In this document: in pieces, positions 52,416-64,000 of the stretch | How the letters are laid out: the number at the start of each line of letters is the position of its first letter | Numbering within the stretch: the stretch's first letter is position 1 | Assembly: GCA_002633005.1 (NCBI GenBank) | Contig: NMRA01000287.1 | Coordinates: 1 to 64,000 of the forward strand | Direction: 5' to 3' | From: Phoronis australis | Taxonomy: Eukaryota; Animalia; Phoronida | DNA: 64,000 nucleotides | The notes under the pieces: model-generated | The model's input: the letters and a program-made list of their open reading frames with translations, nothing else | Told to the model about the DNA's origin: nothing | Database searches by the model: none | Program-made: the position numbers and the translations under genes

Positions 52416-52553
52416 ACGTAGCGAAAAGTTACTTAGTAGTGCCTGGTTGCAAACCTTAATTGTCGAACAACAGTTATTGTGTCGAAAGCAGAGCGCGCGT
52501 TTATCTACAGATCGCATTCGTTATTGCCAATATATGTTCAATCAGCTACAAAT

Positions 52554-53588
52554 ATGCCTTTCTATCCTGATGAAGCGTGGGACGATACATTAAATACAAC
52601 AAAAGAAGATGAAGAAAAAGGACGAGAAGAAGTAGATTTTGTGGCCAATGTCACTTTGTACACTCAGTGTGCGTTATGCGCAGTCGCGATCGTCGGCAAC
52701 ACGTTGTCCTTTCTGGTTTTAAGACGAAGCTGGAGGACGCACACGATTTCCTTTTATCTCAGCGTCATCTCGTTTCTAGACACCTTCTGTGTCCTGAGTC
52801 ATCTCGTTGTATACGTCCCCTTTCCAAAATGGACGTATATGTCATGCGCAATAAGCGTATTTATTTCAGCTGCTTTGTCCTTTGCTTCAGTGTGGACAAT
52901 TGTGGCCTTGACCTTCGAGCGTTTCGCCGCGGTTGTGATACCTTTAACGGTGAGATCTAATTTTACAGTTCGTCGAGCTGTTACAGTGTCCCTAATTATA
53001 GGCGTTTCGTCGCTACTCGTCTGCATGCCGTACTTGGTTTACGTTCGACCAGACATAAATGCAAACGGAACAGATTGTATCAAAGAGTCATACTACGACA
53101 TACCCGATGATGTTGCCAAGTTTTACAACATTTTTGAAGCTTGCCTGTTTACTATCATTCCTGTATGTTTTCTTATCATCATGAATGCTGTCATAATATG
53201 CAAGACATATATAGCAACGACAAAACGTGTTCAGATGTCGAGCTCAACACAGGATTCCCACAAATCACAAGCCTTGACGAAACAGCGCCAACTCACAATG
53301 ATGTTGATCCTTGTATCAGTGACTTTCACAACAGCTCTTGTGCCATACACGATTGCTGTTTTTATTGGACTATACAACGTTACAAGAAATTCTGTGTTGG
53401 CAACAGTCGCTTTTTTGTTGATCAACGTGAATCATAGTGTAAATTTCGTCTTGTACTGTATTGGCAGTCCAGGATTCAGGAAAGAGTTAGCTCAACTGCT
53501 ATGCCGTACTAAGCCTCACTGTTTCAGAAAAACACGTGAAAATCACGAGGTACGGACATCGATGTACGCGATTTCTCACACAACGTAA
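52554..53588 (+). CDS. Intronless class A GPCR, subfamily 2 (copy B, intact), 344 aa from first ATG
   Basis: 7TM with VGN, FYLSVISFLD, SVWTIVALTFERFAAVVIPL, ECL2 Cys, LVPY and NHSVNFVLYCIGSPGFRKEL; uninterrupted frame (the ORF track start at 52479 is GTG). Confidence 0.92.
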   Translation: MPFYPDEAWDDTLNTTKEDEEKGREEVDFVANVTLYTQCALCAVAIVGNTLSFLVLRRSWRTHTISFYLSVISFLDTFCVLSHLVVYVPFPKWTYMSCAISVFISAALSFASVWTIVALTFERFAAVVIPLTVRSNFTVRRAVTVSLIIGVSSLLVCMPYLVYVRPDINANGTDCIKESYYDIPDDVAKFYNIFEACLFTIIPVCFLIIMNAVIICKTYIATTKRVQMSSSTQDSHKSQALTKQRQLTMMLILVSVTFTTALVPYTIAVFIGLYNVTRNSVLATVAFLLINVNHSVNFVLYCIGSPGFRKELAQLLCRTKPHCFRKTRENHEVRTSMYAISHTT

Positions 53589-55476
53589 GTTTGAAAAAGA
53601 CACGAAGTGCTCTGTGCTCATTCCTCAGACGGAAATGTTTTTGCCGTTTTACTCCAATGAATTATTACACTTGATGGTGGAAAAGATGTCTCTCGTAGCC
53701 CCCTGGTCATATAGAAATTACGACACAATTATGGAGCAATCCATATCTGGCATTACCCAGGAGAGATGGACGTAGGGAGAGCAGAATTGTCCTAGCTGAC
53801 CTTCGACCTCTGACAACATTGGTATTCGTGGGTCCACTGACATATGTATTTATTAGAAACGTTCTTCAATGTCAGCTTTTGCATCTTTCTGAGAGTGCAT
53901 AGTCGAACGTTAAACCCCTGCCAGTCTCACAGTGGAAGCATTTGTCTCGGTCGGTCTAGAGTTCTAACAATTTTGGTTTGAGAGAGTAGGTGTTACTGCC
54001 GGTGGTGTTTCTGGTATTTATGATATAAACAGAGAGCAATTTTGAATCTGTTCTGGAATGTTTGAGCAAATTATTAGTTGAGAAACCTGTGCAATACCCT
54101 CGCCTTGTGATCGGAAGCAAGTTGACTATTGGTTCTATTTGCGCTTGTACGAGAAGGCCTTCAGAAAAAGAGGGAACCAACAATGGGTCGAAATTAGTCA
54201 AAAGCTCTTGACCGGACTTGAAAACCATCTGGCTGGACTGCAAATCCCAATGGACAGGGTTATAACTTGGTATACGAACCTCAAAACAGGTCGGCCGGTA
54301 CCTCAAAATTAGATGGCCACAACCACAAAAATGGTTGGCCGGACTTAAAACGGGATGGCCGGTCCTCAAGCTCAATGGTAGAATAGATCGCCGAGTTTGA
54401 ACAAAACAAATAAACGGGTACAAAAATGAACACTAGATGTTACTCGAACACCTTCGAGACATTCAAATTCAAACGAGTGTTTGAGGATGTCGGACCGTCA
54501 TGTTTGACCACCCACCAACTGGTTACAGCACAGGCCAACTAGTTTTCTTGGGTGACGTCATCGTGTTTTGGAGTTTGGACACCAGGTTGATCACCGACCA
54601 TTTGGTTTTGCAGTTCAGCCGACTGACTTTGAAGTCCTACCCATTGTTGAAGCCCTCTTGTTGTGCCTAGGCATACAGTTGCGCGAACTGTATCCGGATA
54701 AAGTTGGCAAGATTTGTAATGTTTAAGCTTTGTGTCGGGATAGTGAAATGAATACCTTCTGCGCGTTGAAATGTGCTTATTCGACGCGCACAGTTGCTTA
54801 ATCAACGTGCGCACGTGCCTTGTCAACGCGTTGAATCACTTATTAACTCCAGTTTTGGTGCTCTTTCTGTGTTACTTCAACGCGTATAATTGATATTTGA
54901 CCGCTCTCTTAATTATGTCCAATCAAAGACAAGATTACAGTCAATACGTACCTCCGACAGAGAGGAGGCAGCAGACGGTGGCACACTACAGTTGTCACAG
55001 GGTTTTGGGAGCCGACGCACACCTAATTAGAGATGAGTTCTTTACTCACGTCCATATCCGGAGTCTGATAATAAACAGAAGGTTTTGAAGTATTCTCAAC
55101 TCACAAACACTACTCAAGACAACTTAACCTAAATTATGCCACATATTTTTAAACGGTTAATTCACATCGACAAAAGTCCCGGTATAGAAAAATAGGATCA
55201 AAACTCCCAAATTTGGCAGTTTTCTGCAAGTGCTAGAAAAAATCTGACCACAGATTCAGAATGACTGTTCTCTCTAGATTCTATAATTGGTGCTACAATA
55301 TGCCCCTTACTGGATAACCGCTTGGCAATTTCGAACTGCTTGACTGCCATCTGAAATGGCATTCGGTTTCCCAGACAGCAGGCGACAGAGATTGAAACAA
55401 ACTTCAGCCACCATTTTGCATAAAAGTATAGGAATCGACTAAAAAATCTTGGCTTTTCTCATTCAGAAAGAGTTAA

Positions 55477-56015
55477 AGGAGAATGCCACCCGATTTAATT
55501 GATCTTTTACCGTCTTCACCGGTCTATATCTACACAGCCTCTTAATAAGAGACCGTATAATATACGGTCGACTATCTCGAGAGCCCGAAATGCTTAGGAA
55601 GTGGCTCCAAGTAGTGAAGAATGAAAGGTACGCTGTTAATAGCAAGTATGGGGCCGTGAAACATCTCCGTGTCTGTGATTTCTCTGACGAATTCTGGCGT
55701 ACCAAAAAACTATCCATACGTTCCGTTGCCTGTGCATGTTCATGGCGCATCTCTAGTATTTCTTGATCAGTGTATTCCGGTTCGAACTGATAGCCTGTGA
55801 AACCTAACGATCCGACCCGTGAAGTCTTCGTCGGATGAGCTCTTGAATAAGTCGGGATTGGCGCCAGGCAAGTTGCCATGTAGACGTTTATTATTCTGCG
55901 TTCTGTTTCAAAATGAATTATTCTCATCCTAACCAATGCTTATATGAAACTGAAACAAAGTGTGTATCATAAAATACAATTTTTAATGCCTTTGCAGTAT
56001 TCATGAGTGCAAATG
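55477..56015 (-). mobile_element. Inverted copy of the 1-680 Kolobok-type deletion derivative
   Basis: TTAA(55473-76)|AGGAGAATGCCACCCGATTT terminus. The minus strand encodes GFTGYQFEPEYTDQEILE; the sequence is the reverse complement of window 1-680 with extra deletions. Confidence 0.75.
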
Positions 56016-56442
56016 TTGAGAAGCCAGCAATGATTAAACCACTGCGTTACAGGCTTTTGATGCCTGCAACAAGGGCAATTGACCGGGCACCGAGGCCGTG
56101 TGAGCACATGCTAATTCAGTGTTTGCTGTCAGGAAGTTGTTGTGAAACAATTACTCGATTTCATATGCTATGGTCATATGTTTGGGAAATCCTTATTTAG
56201 AAATACAAATACATATTCAAATCATTGTTACTGTACAACCTGTGGAAGAGGAACCCGACTTCGCGGCCCCCGACAAGTAAGAAGATTTTCAGTTTCGAGG
56301 CTAATTCACATAAATAATTAGGTGCACATTTTTTCTTTGTCTCACTATTACAGTCTTTTCGTGACTGGAGGTTTAGTTTCCAACTCAAGCTGGTTTATGT
56401 TCGTGCCAGTACCATTTGAGCATTTAAGTGTGTTAATTTCAC

Positions 56443-57459
56443 TCCTCGAGGAAACTTTGTCCAAAAAGAGGTTGTAATGTATATGTCCCAACTGGAAATC
56501 TTAAATCGAAATAACAGATAATTTACCCTATTCTACAATTCGTTTGTCCAAAACGGAATCAGAGTGAACTGTTGTTAAACAAACATTTGTTCTTGTGTAA
56601 ATGCTGGACTAAAATGCACTGAAATGTGCAACTGCCAAAACTGTGAGAATGTCAAAGAGAGTGATGAAATTAAGTCAGATGATGAGTAACGGTGTGATGT
56701 ACTTGCATCCCAGCCGGAGGAACTCGGAAAGACATCTTCACAAGAGACAGAAACCGGGCTAGTAACTGGCCCAGTGAGCCTGGCGATTTGTAAAACATTT
56801 TTCTATTTCATATTTACTTCTATAGTAATGGCATTTTATCCTGTTAATTTCTCGGCCTTTTGTACTTCATCCGATTGCATTTGTTGATATTCTATACTTT
56901 TGTCTCCATTTTTTGACAAATTGTATGCTTTGGACTTGTAGCAATGATTGTTTTTGTATGACAGATTAGTAAATATGTTATAAAATAAATGTTAGACAAA
57001 GTCAGTTTGATAATTATAGTTTAACCAACAGTAAAAACAGCATAAAACACTATGAATGATAGTTCCATATTTCATCAACAGGTGGCACCCATAAATTCAT
57101 ATTTCTTCCATAATTCTACTTGAAAAATATAACAAAGTATGTGTTTATTATGACTTAACACAGCCTGTAGGAATATTACCTTCAGTATCATTTTTATGGA
57201 CTCTTAATTTTCTTCTTTTCTAACTATTTTTAATTTCATGTAGAATTTGCACAATTTTAACATCAAATTTCACAAAAATGCGCACGTTTAATCGCAGGAA
57301 CTTTTTTGATTCATAAAGTACAATGATTTGTAACATCAAAAACACCTGAATTAAATTGTCCCCCTAAAGTGGTCACAGAAGGGGTTTTCTAGGCCTCCTC
57401 TGGCCTACGGCCCATGGTCTATAATGTTTGCTCGCGCGTTCTGGGCTTAAGTACAACTA
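56443..57459 (+). mobile_element. Duplicated 3' end of the Academ-like element
   Basis: Near-identical to 24457-25480, including CSCVNAGLKCTEMCNCQNCEN and the terminus ...GTACAACTA. Confidence 0.6.
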
Positions 57460-57783
57460 GTCCACATTATATTCTTCCTAATTGACATTTAAAAATTAAA
57501 ATTATTTTTTAATAGCAGTGTCGTAAAATTGCTATTCTTCCTAAGTACGCTATGTACAAGAGATATAGTAAAGTTCAGGCAAAATTAAACCCTTTGTTGT
57601 CATCCAATTGAACGATCCATAGCGCTATCAACACACTTGGCAGTTACGTAGCGAAAAGTTAATTAGTAGTGTATGGTTACAAGCCTTAATTGTCGAACAA
57701 CAGTTATTGTGTCGAAAGCAAAGCGCGCGTTTATCTACAGATCGCATTCGTCCTTGCCAATATATGTTCAATCAGCTACAACT

Positions 57784-58833
57784 ATGCTTTTCTATCCTGA
57801 TGAAGCGTGGGACGTTACATTAAATACAAAAACGAAGATGAAGAAAAAGGACGAGAAAAAGAAGAAGATTTTGTGGCAAATGTCAATTTGTACACTCAGT
57901 GTGCGTTATGCGCAGTCGGCGATCGTCGGCAACACGTTGTCCTTTCTGGTTTTAAGACGAAGCTGGAGGACGCACACGATTTCCTTTTATCTCAGCGTCA
58001 TTTCGTTAGTAGACACCATCTGCCTCCTGAGTAATCTCGTGGTCTACTTCACTTTTTCAAAATGAACGAACATGTCATGCGCAGTAAGCATATTTGTTTC
58101 AGCTGCTTTGTCCTTTGCTTCAGTGTGGACAGTGTTGGCCTTGACCTTCGAACGTTTCGCCGCCGTTGTGATACCTTTAACAGTGAGATCTAATTTTACA
58201 GTTCATCGAGCTATTACTGTGTCCCTAACCATAGGCGTTTCGTCGCTACTCGTCTGCATGCCGTACTTGGTTTACATGTACGTTCGACCAGACACAAATA
58301 CAAACGGAACAGTTACTGATTGTTTCACAGAGCCGTTCCACGACGTACCAGATGATGTTGCCAAGTTTTAAAACATTTTTGAAGCTTGCTTGTTTACTAT
58401 CATTCCTGTATGTTTTCTTATCATAATAAATGCTGTCATAATATGCAAGACATATGTAGCAACGACAAAACGTGCTCAGATGTCGAGCTCAACACAGGAT
58501 TCCCACAAATCCCAAGTTTTGACGAAACAGCGCCAACTGACAATGATGTTAATCCTTGTATCAGTGACTTTCACAACAGCTCTGGTGCCATACATGGTTG
58601 CAGTTTTTAGTGGACTATACAACGTTACAGAAAACTCTGTGTTGGCAACAGTTGCTTACATATTGATCAACGTGAATCATAGTGTAAATTTCGCCTTGCA
58701 CTGTATTGGCAGTCCAGGATTCAGGAAAGAGTTGGTTCAGCTGTTGTACCGTACTAAGCCTCACTGTTTCAGAAAAACACGTGAAAATCATCCGGTACGG
58801 ACATAGATGTACGCGATTTCTCACACAACGTAA
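57784..58833 (+). pseudogene. GPCR pseudogene, subfamily 2 (copy C)
   Basis: Frameshifts near 57830/57917, TGG to TGA at 58063, TAC to TAA at 58369, TCG to TAG at 58804. Confidence 0.9.
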
Positions 58834-61800
58834 GTTTGAAAAAGACACGAAATGCTCTGTGCTCATTCCTCAGACGGAAATGTTTTTGCCGTTTTACTCC
58901 AATCAATTATTACAGTTGATGGTTGAAAAGATGTCTGTCGTAGCCCCTTGGTCATTTAGAAATTACTACAGAATTATGAAGCGATCCATATCAGGCATTA
59001 CCCATGAGAGATGGACGTAGGGAGAGCAGCATTGTAGCTGACCTTCGACCTCTGACCACATTGGTATTCGGGGGTCCACTGACATATGTATTTATTAGTA
59101 ACTTTCTTCAGTTACAGCTTTTGCATCTTTCTGAATGTGCAAAGTCCAACTTTAAACGTCTGCTTGTCTCACAGCCCGATTTTGTGTGTGACTTCACAGA
59201 CAGTGAGTGATCCGATAGTCTTACACGACTCGAAACGAAAAATTGGACGCGTCTCCTTTCAACCAACAACACACATGCGACTTTTTACCTTGTAAAGTCC
59301 TGTCAGAACTAATGTATCTTGTATAATCTAACCTTTGTTTTTGTACTTTAGAAATTTTCTTTGCATTGTAAGTGGAGTTCACAGTCAATTGTCATCATCT
59401 GACGGCAGGAGATCGAAACGTCATGTTTGAAAGTTATTCTGGGAGGGAATGGCGTAATAATAGAATGTACTTTCTAGATTGTTTGTGGGCATTTGCTGGT
59501 GCCGAAACCAGGAGAATATCGCTAAACGACAGTGTGTGGCGCGAAACGAGGCTGAGACTGCAAAATACGTAAGAATTCTTGTTTTACGAAAAGCGTTAAC
59601 ATTCGTAGTAATGCTGCCAGAGACTGATACTTAAATTGTAGACTGGTACCTGATTCAAAATACTTTGGATCAGCTAAATAGAAAATATGAAGAGTTTGAA
59701 GACGCGCAGTGTAAACACGAATTGACGCTGATTCTGTTCTGGAATGTTTGGTGAAATTATTATTTGAGAAGCCTCTGGGGACACAGGCAAGTTGATCATT
59801 AGTTCTATTTCGCTTGTGAGTGAAAACCTTGACCAAGATTTGGATTCAACTATTAGTGGGGCGGATGGCGGAAGTGCTTGGTTGAGTCAGACAAGAGGTC
59901 TATTGGTGTAACGGATAGTGGAGGCCTTTGCTCCGGTCAGTCAAGAGTTCGAACAATTTTGTTTTGAGAGACTAGGCGTTACTGCCGGTTGTAGGCCTAT
60001 TTCTGGCTTGTATGATATGAACATAGAGCAAGTTTGAATCTGTTCTGGAATGATTAATCAAATTATTAATTGAGAAACCTGAGCAATATCTCCGCCTTGT
60101 TATGAGAGGCAAGTTGACCACTGGTTATATTGCGTGTGTACGTGAAGACATTAACTGCATGAACAATCAACAACTCTGACAAAACACTTGTCCGCACTTC
60201 AAAAAACAAGCTAGATGGATTGCAAAACCCAATGGCCAGTGTTCTAACTTGGTGAACGGACCTCATAACAGGTTGGCCAGTACCTCAAAAGTGGATGGCC
60301 GCAACAACAAAAGTGGTTGGCCGCACCTAAAACGGGATGGCCGGTGGTCAAACTCAATGGTCGAACAGATCGCCGAGTTTGAACAAAACAAACAAACGGG
60401 TACGAAAAATAAATAGTAAATGTCACTTTAAATCCTTCGAGACCGGTATACAAAGCGAGTCTCTGAGGAAGTCCGGCCATCGTGTTTGATCACCGGCAAC
60501 TGGTTATTGCACGGCCAACTAGTTTTTTCGGGTGAGGCCATCGCGTTGCAGTACAGCAGACTGATTTTGAAGTCCTACACATTGTTGGTTCCCCCTTGTT
60601 GTACCTAGGCATACAGTAGCGCGAACTGCATCCGGATCAAGATTGCAAAACTTCTAGTCTTGTAATGCTAAACTTTGTACTGGGATAGTTAAACGAATAT
60701 CTTCTGCGCGTTGAAATGTGCTTCTTCAACGCGCACTCGCTGGTTCCCTGCGTGCCGCTAGCTGGTCGGTAGCCAGCACACGTGCTGACTAGGCACGTAC
60801 GTAGGGAACCAGCGAGCAACGCGCACAGTTCCTTAACCAACGTGCGGCGCACGTGCTTAGTCAACGCGTTGAATTACTTATTTACCCCAGTCTTGGTGAT
60901 GTTTCTGTGTTAACAATTCAACGCGCATAATTGATATTTGACTGCGCTCTGCCATCATGTCGAATCCAAGAAAGATTACAGGCATTACGTACCTCCGATG
61001 GAGAGGAGGTAGCACAGACGAACCATGACCGAAGCTAGGTGGCACACTACAGTTGTTACAGGCCGGTTTTGGCTGCCGACGCACACCTAGTACCGGGTAG
61101 TTCTATTTATCTCATTGTTGTCAGCTGCAGTAGCTCGTGCGCCCGGTCTATAGTATTAAGATGTCTATGAGTTTAACTGGTTTGCTGACCCTTAGTGGCT
61201 AAATTTGTTTTTTGCACACATAGTTGCTGTATTGGATAGATATGTCGCTATTTACTTACGCGCTAATTTTAAAGTTCGTGCATCTTTTTGTAATTTGCAA
61301 ACCTGTTCATGGAGATGGCAAAAAATGACGACGAGTTTCAGACCAGTCCGACTACAGCTGTGCCCCTAGTACATGGCAATTTTTACATTTTTATGTTTGC
61401 CTTTGTTATCTGAGTTACGGGTGGATTTTCGTGAAATTTGTTTAATAGGTGTCTATTAAGAAGACAACGATGCCTTTTCATTCGACATACTCTGCGCCAC
61501 CTACTGGTCAATTTTATTATTTCGAGTCCCTTTTTGGCGTCCGCCTCTTTATCCGCCAAACTGTTCAAAGGATCAGTATTAAACGAAGCAGTTGTGTTGC
61601 TGATGAGGAGTTGCTTTCCGGGCAACTGTGAAGGTCTCCAGCGGTGATTGCGTATTTTGTGACCGTGCCTATAGGAATACTAAATGTGACAATGACTGTT
61701 TGGGCGGCTCTGACTAATGCTGTTTCCCTCAATAGCAATTTTAGTTTCGTTTGCCTTTGTATTGGAGTCCCTTCGTACTTTTCATTAATTTTGACAAATA

Positions 61801-62316
61801 ATTTTGTAATAGACAAACGACGCGTTCCCAATTTCGCACGGCTTCGACTTATTTTGTGCCATGCACAGTCATTTATGATACCTGAAACACACCGTTTGCG
61901 TTGCTCTTTAATATTAAGTTATACCACTATCGACCTCTCTTACTCTGTGTCCAGTCTCCATTTAACCGGCCATCTGGCGAGCAAAACTCAAGATTTATTA
62001 ACGAAACTTGAAGTGTAGTACGAAAGCAAAGTAGGACACTCTCTGGCATGTAATCATTAAAAACAAAAATCTGTGCAACACTGCTTACATACGTACTAAG
62101 CTCACAATGTAAATCCCATCCCTCGCAAAGCATTACCACGCCTACCGCAAGACGTCCTGATCATGCCCTGGTGCGTTTCGTCATTATTACTATTGTCGGT
62201 AGACAATGATGGAGTGGGGCTGTCGTTGGTCTGTGTTTATAATGTCAGTGAAATATCATCAAATCATGGACACATCCCGGTTTTGAAAACGATTCTGCTA
62301 GATGGTCCATGTTCTC

Positions 62317-62383
62317 AACTATATGTACTGTTAGTAATGGAGATATTCTAACTATATGTACTGTTAGTAATGGAGATATTCTA
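62317..62383. repeat. 33-bp perfect tandem duplication
   Basis: AACTATATGTACTGTTAGTAATGGAGATATTCT x2. Confidence 0.85.
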
Positions 62384-64000
62384 ATATAGCATATCACGCC
62401 GTCACCACTAGTCACAAACCGTCATCTTCCAAACACCCCGCGAGTGATGACGTAATATAACAATGCCCCTAAGAGGTAAATTATGTAATGGAGACGAGTT
62501 GTTACTTGCATTTCTACGGTGTCTAATTTCTCCGAGATGTTACGAGGTTTTGCGGGATTGTTAGTTCAGCGGGATATTGCGGATGGGGTTGCTAGTTCTG
62601 TGAAAGCATTGTAGCTTCTTCTCTGGGCTTTTGATAAGTTGTGGGGCGTAAGAACTTTAATTTAATATTTCCCGGGCTTTTGGAACATTAATAACGGTTA
62701 CGTGTTGAATTTTAATAAATTTTGTCTGAGTGGGGTTATAAGAAAATTTATTTATTTTCGAAAAGCATCATTACAGACATCTATAAAAATGACCCTTAAC
62801 AAAAGCTACCACGACATTTCAAGATTCTTTACATACACGCACACTTTATTGCATCATCTAATAGTTTAACAACCACATCGTTAGTAAAACGCTCATGCTC
62901 AACACTTCATCTACATCACAACAATTACAAATTGGACGTTAATTAAGTTTATACCAATTGTCAAATAATTAAGAACGATGTCTCGTAGCGGAAAACTAAT
63001 GCAACTTTACTACCAACCCTTGATATAGCTACATGAATCCACGCGCCACGTTTTAGGAAAGTTACTCAAACAAAAACAGTGGAACAAAAGCCACGTCAGG
63101 TGTCAGTAAATTAGAACTTACATCTGCATCACTGGACTCTCACAGAACGAAAGTGGAAAAGATGGTCGACGCAACGCCATCGTGTGTCCAGTTACAACAC
63201 AACATCTCGCAAAGTGAAAAGGAAACACTAGACCTGGCAACAAACAAACAAGCAAACAGAAAACAAAATGAAAGAGAAATGCACTTGATGAATAAAGTTG
63301 CTCTCAGTGCCATCGAGTACCAGGAAATTTTTATACCAAATATCGATTGATGATCAAATGTTGACAGTTGTACTTATTTTCCTCATTCAACACTCTTACT
63401 CATGTCTTTGTTGTATTTCCTGAAGTACAAAATATATGAATACAAAAAAGAAGCAAAATACTATTCTTATTAATAAAAAGCCACCACTTAACAACATTTA
63501 CAAATAATTTCAATAGCAGTCAAATGTCACTTATGCATTCAGTAGCAATTTATCACAAACTAGTTTTGCAAAGTTTAAAATCAGCGATTGTCAGCTGCCC
63601 ACGTTTATACACGTATCAGATACTTCGTGAGTTTGCAAGGGGGTGAAACCTGTCCTGTTGCCAAGTTAATAATACTGGTGATCAACAGGTGGCGCTGTCA
63701 ATCGATAACTGCACACTAGTAGTTTTGAAAAAGTTCTTCGCTAATGAACGCAAGACATATAGATTAATAACAGAACCAGTTGGCTGTTTTCTTCAAGAAT
63801 CACGAAGACGTTCTTCGGAACGAATTTTGCAAGACTTTACTTCATTTGGTACGCTTCATTCTGGAAAAGGAGAAAACGAATTACTCTCCACTGCACAGGT
63901 ACATTTTTGTTTAAAGAAGCGTCATTTCTACACGGTCTGCTCTCCATTATTTTTAATAAAGTAAAATAATGATAAAAAGAAACGAAAAAGAGGTATCAGG

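Noticed and set aside
61383-62351. Cluster of 60-124 aa ORFs
   Set aside because: No recognisable motifs. Part (~61390-61540) is a reverse-strand fragment of the same repeat type as 720-2100.

Overview
Eukaryotic (AT-rich, repeat-rich invertebrate-like; lophotrochozoan-like is only an inference) genomic DNA with one assembly gap (11877-12639). Gene content: a birth-and-death cluster of single-exon class A (rhodopsin-like, peptide-receptor/chemoreceptor-like) GPCRs in two divergent subfamilies. Subfamily 1 is on the minus strand at 6.7-15.5 kb (one intact gene, two partial genes flanking the gap, one pseudogene). Subfamily 2 is on the plus strand in three segmental duplicates at ~25.8, 52.6 and 57.8 kb (one intact, two pseudogenes). 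There is also an alpha-crystallin/HSP20 small heat-shock gene with a canonical HSE, a TATA-like box and a 5'-UTR intron. The rest is transposon debris: internally deleted Kolobok-type elements (TTAA TSD, convergent THAP-transposase and KolX/P2X7-ballast-like ORFs), Academ-like, hAT, Tx1/L1-like and CR1/L2-like relics, a Helentron-like array, MITEs and minisatellites. The most striking observation is a 12-bp element, CACTTGACATTT, ~140-155 bp upstream of the ATG of every GPCR with an undisrupted 5' reading frame in both subfamilies and mutated in all three pseudogenes. It is a candidate shared receptor-promoter motif. All family assignments are from motif recognition by eye; no database searches were run.
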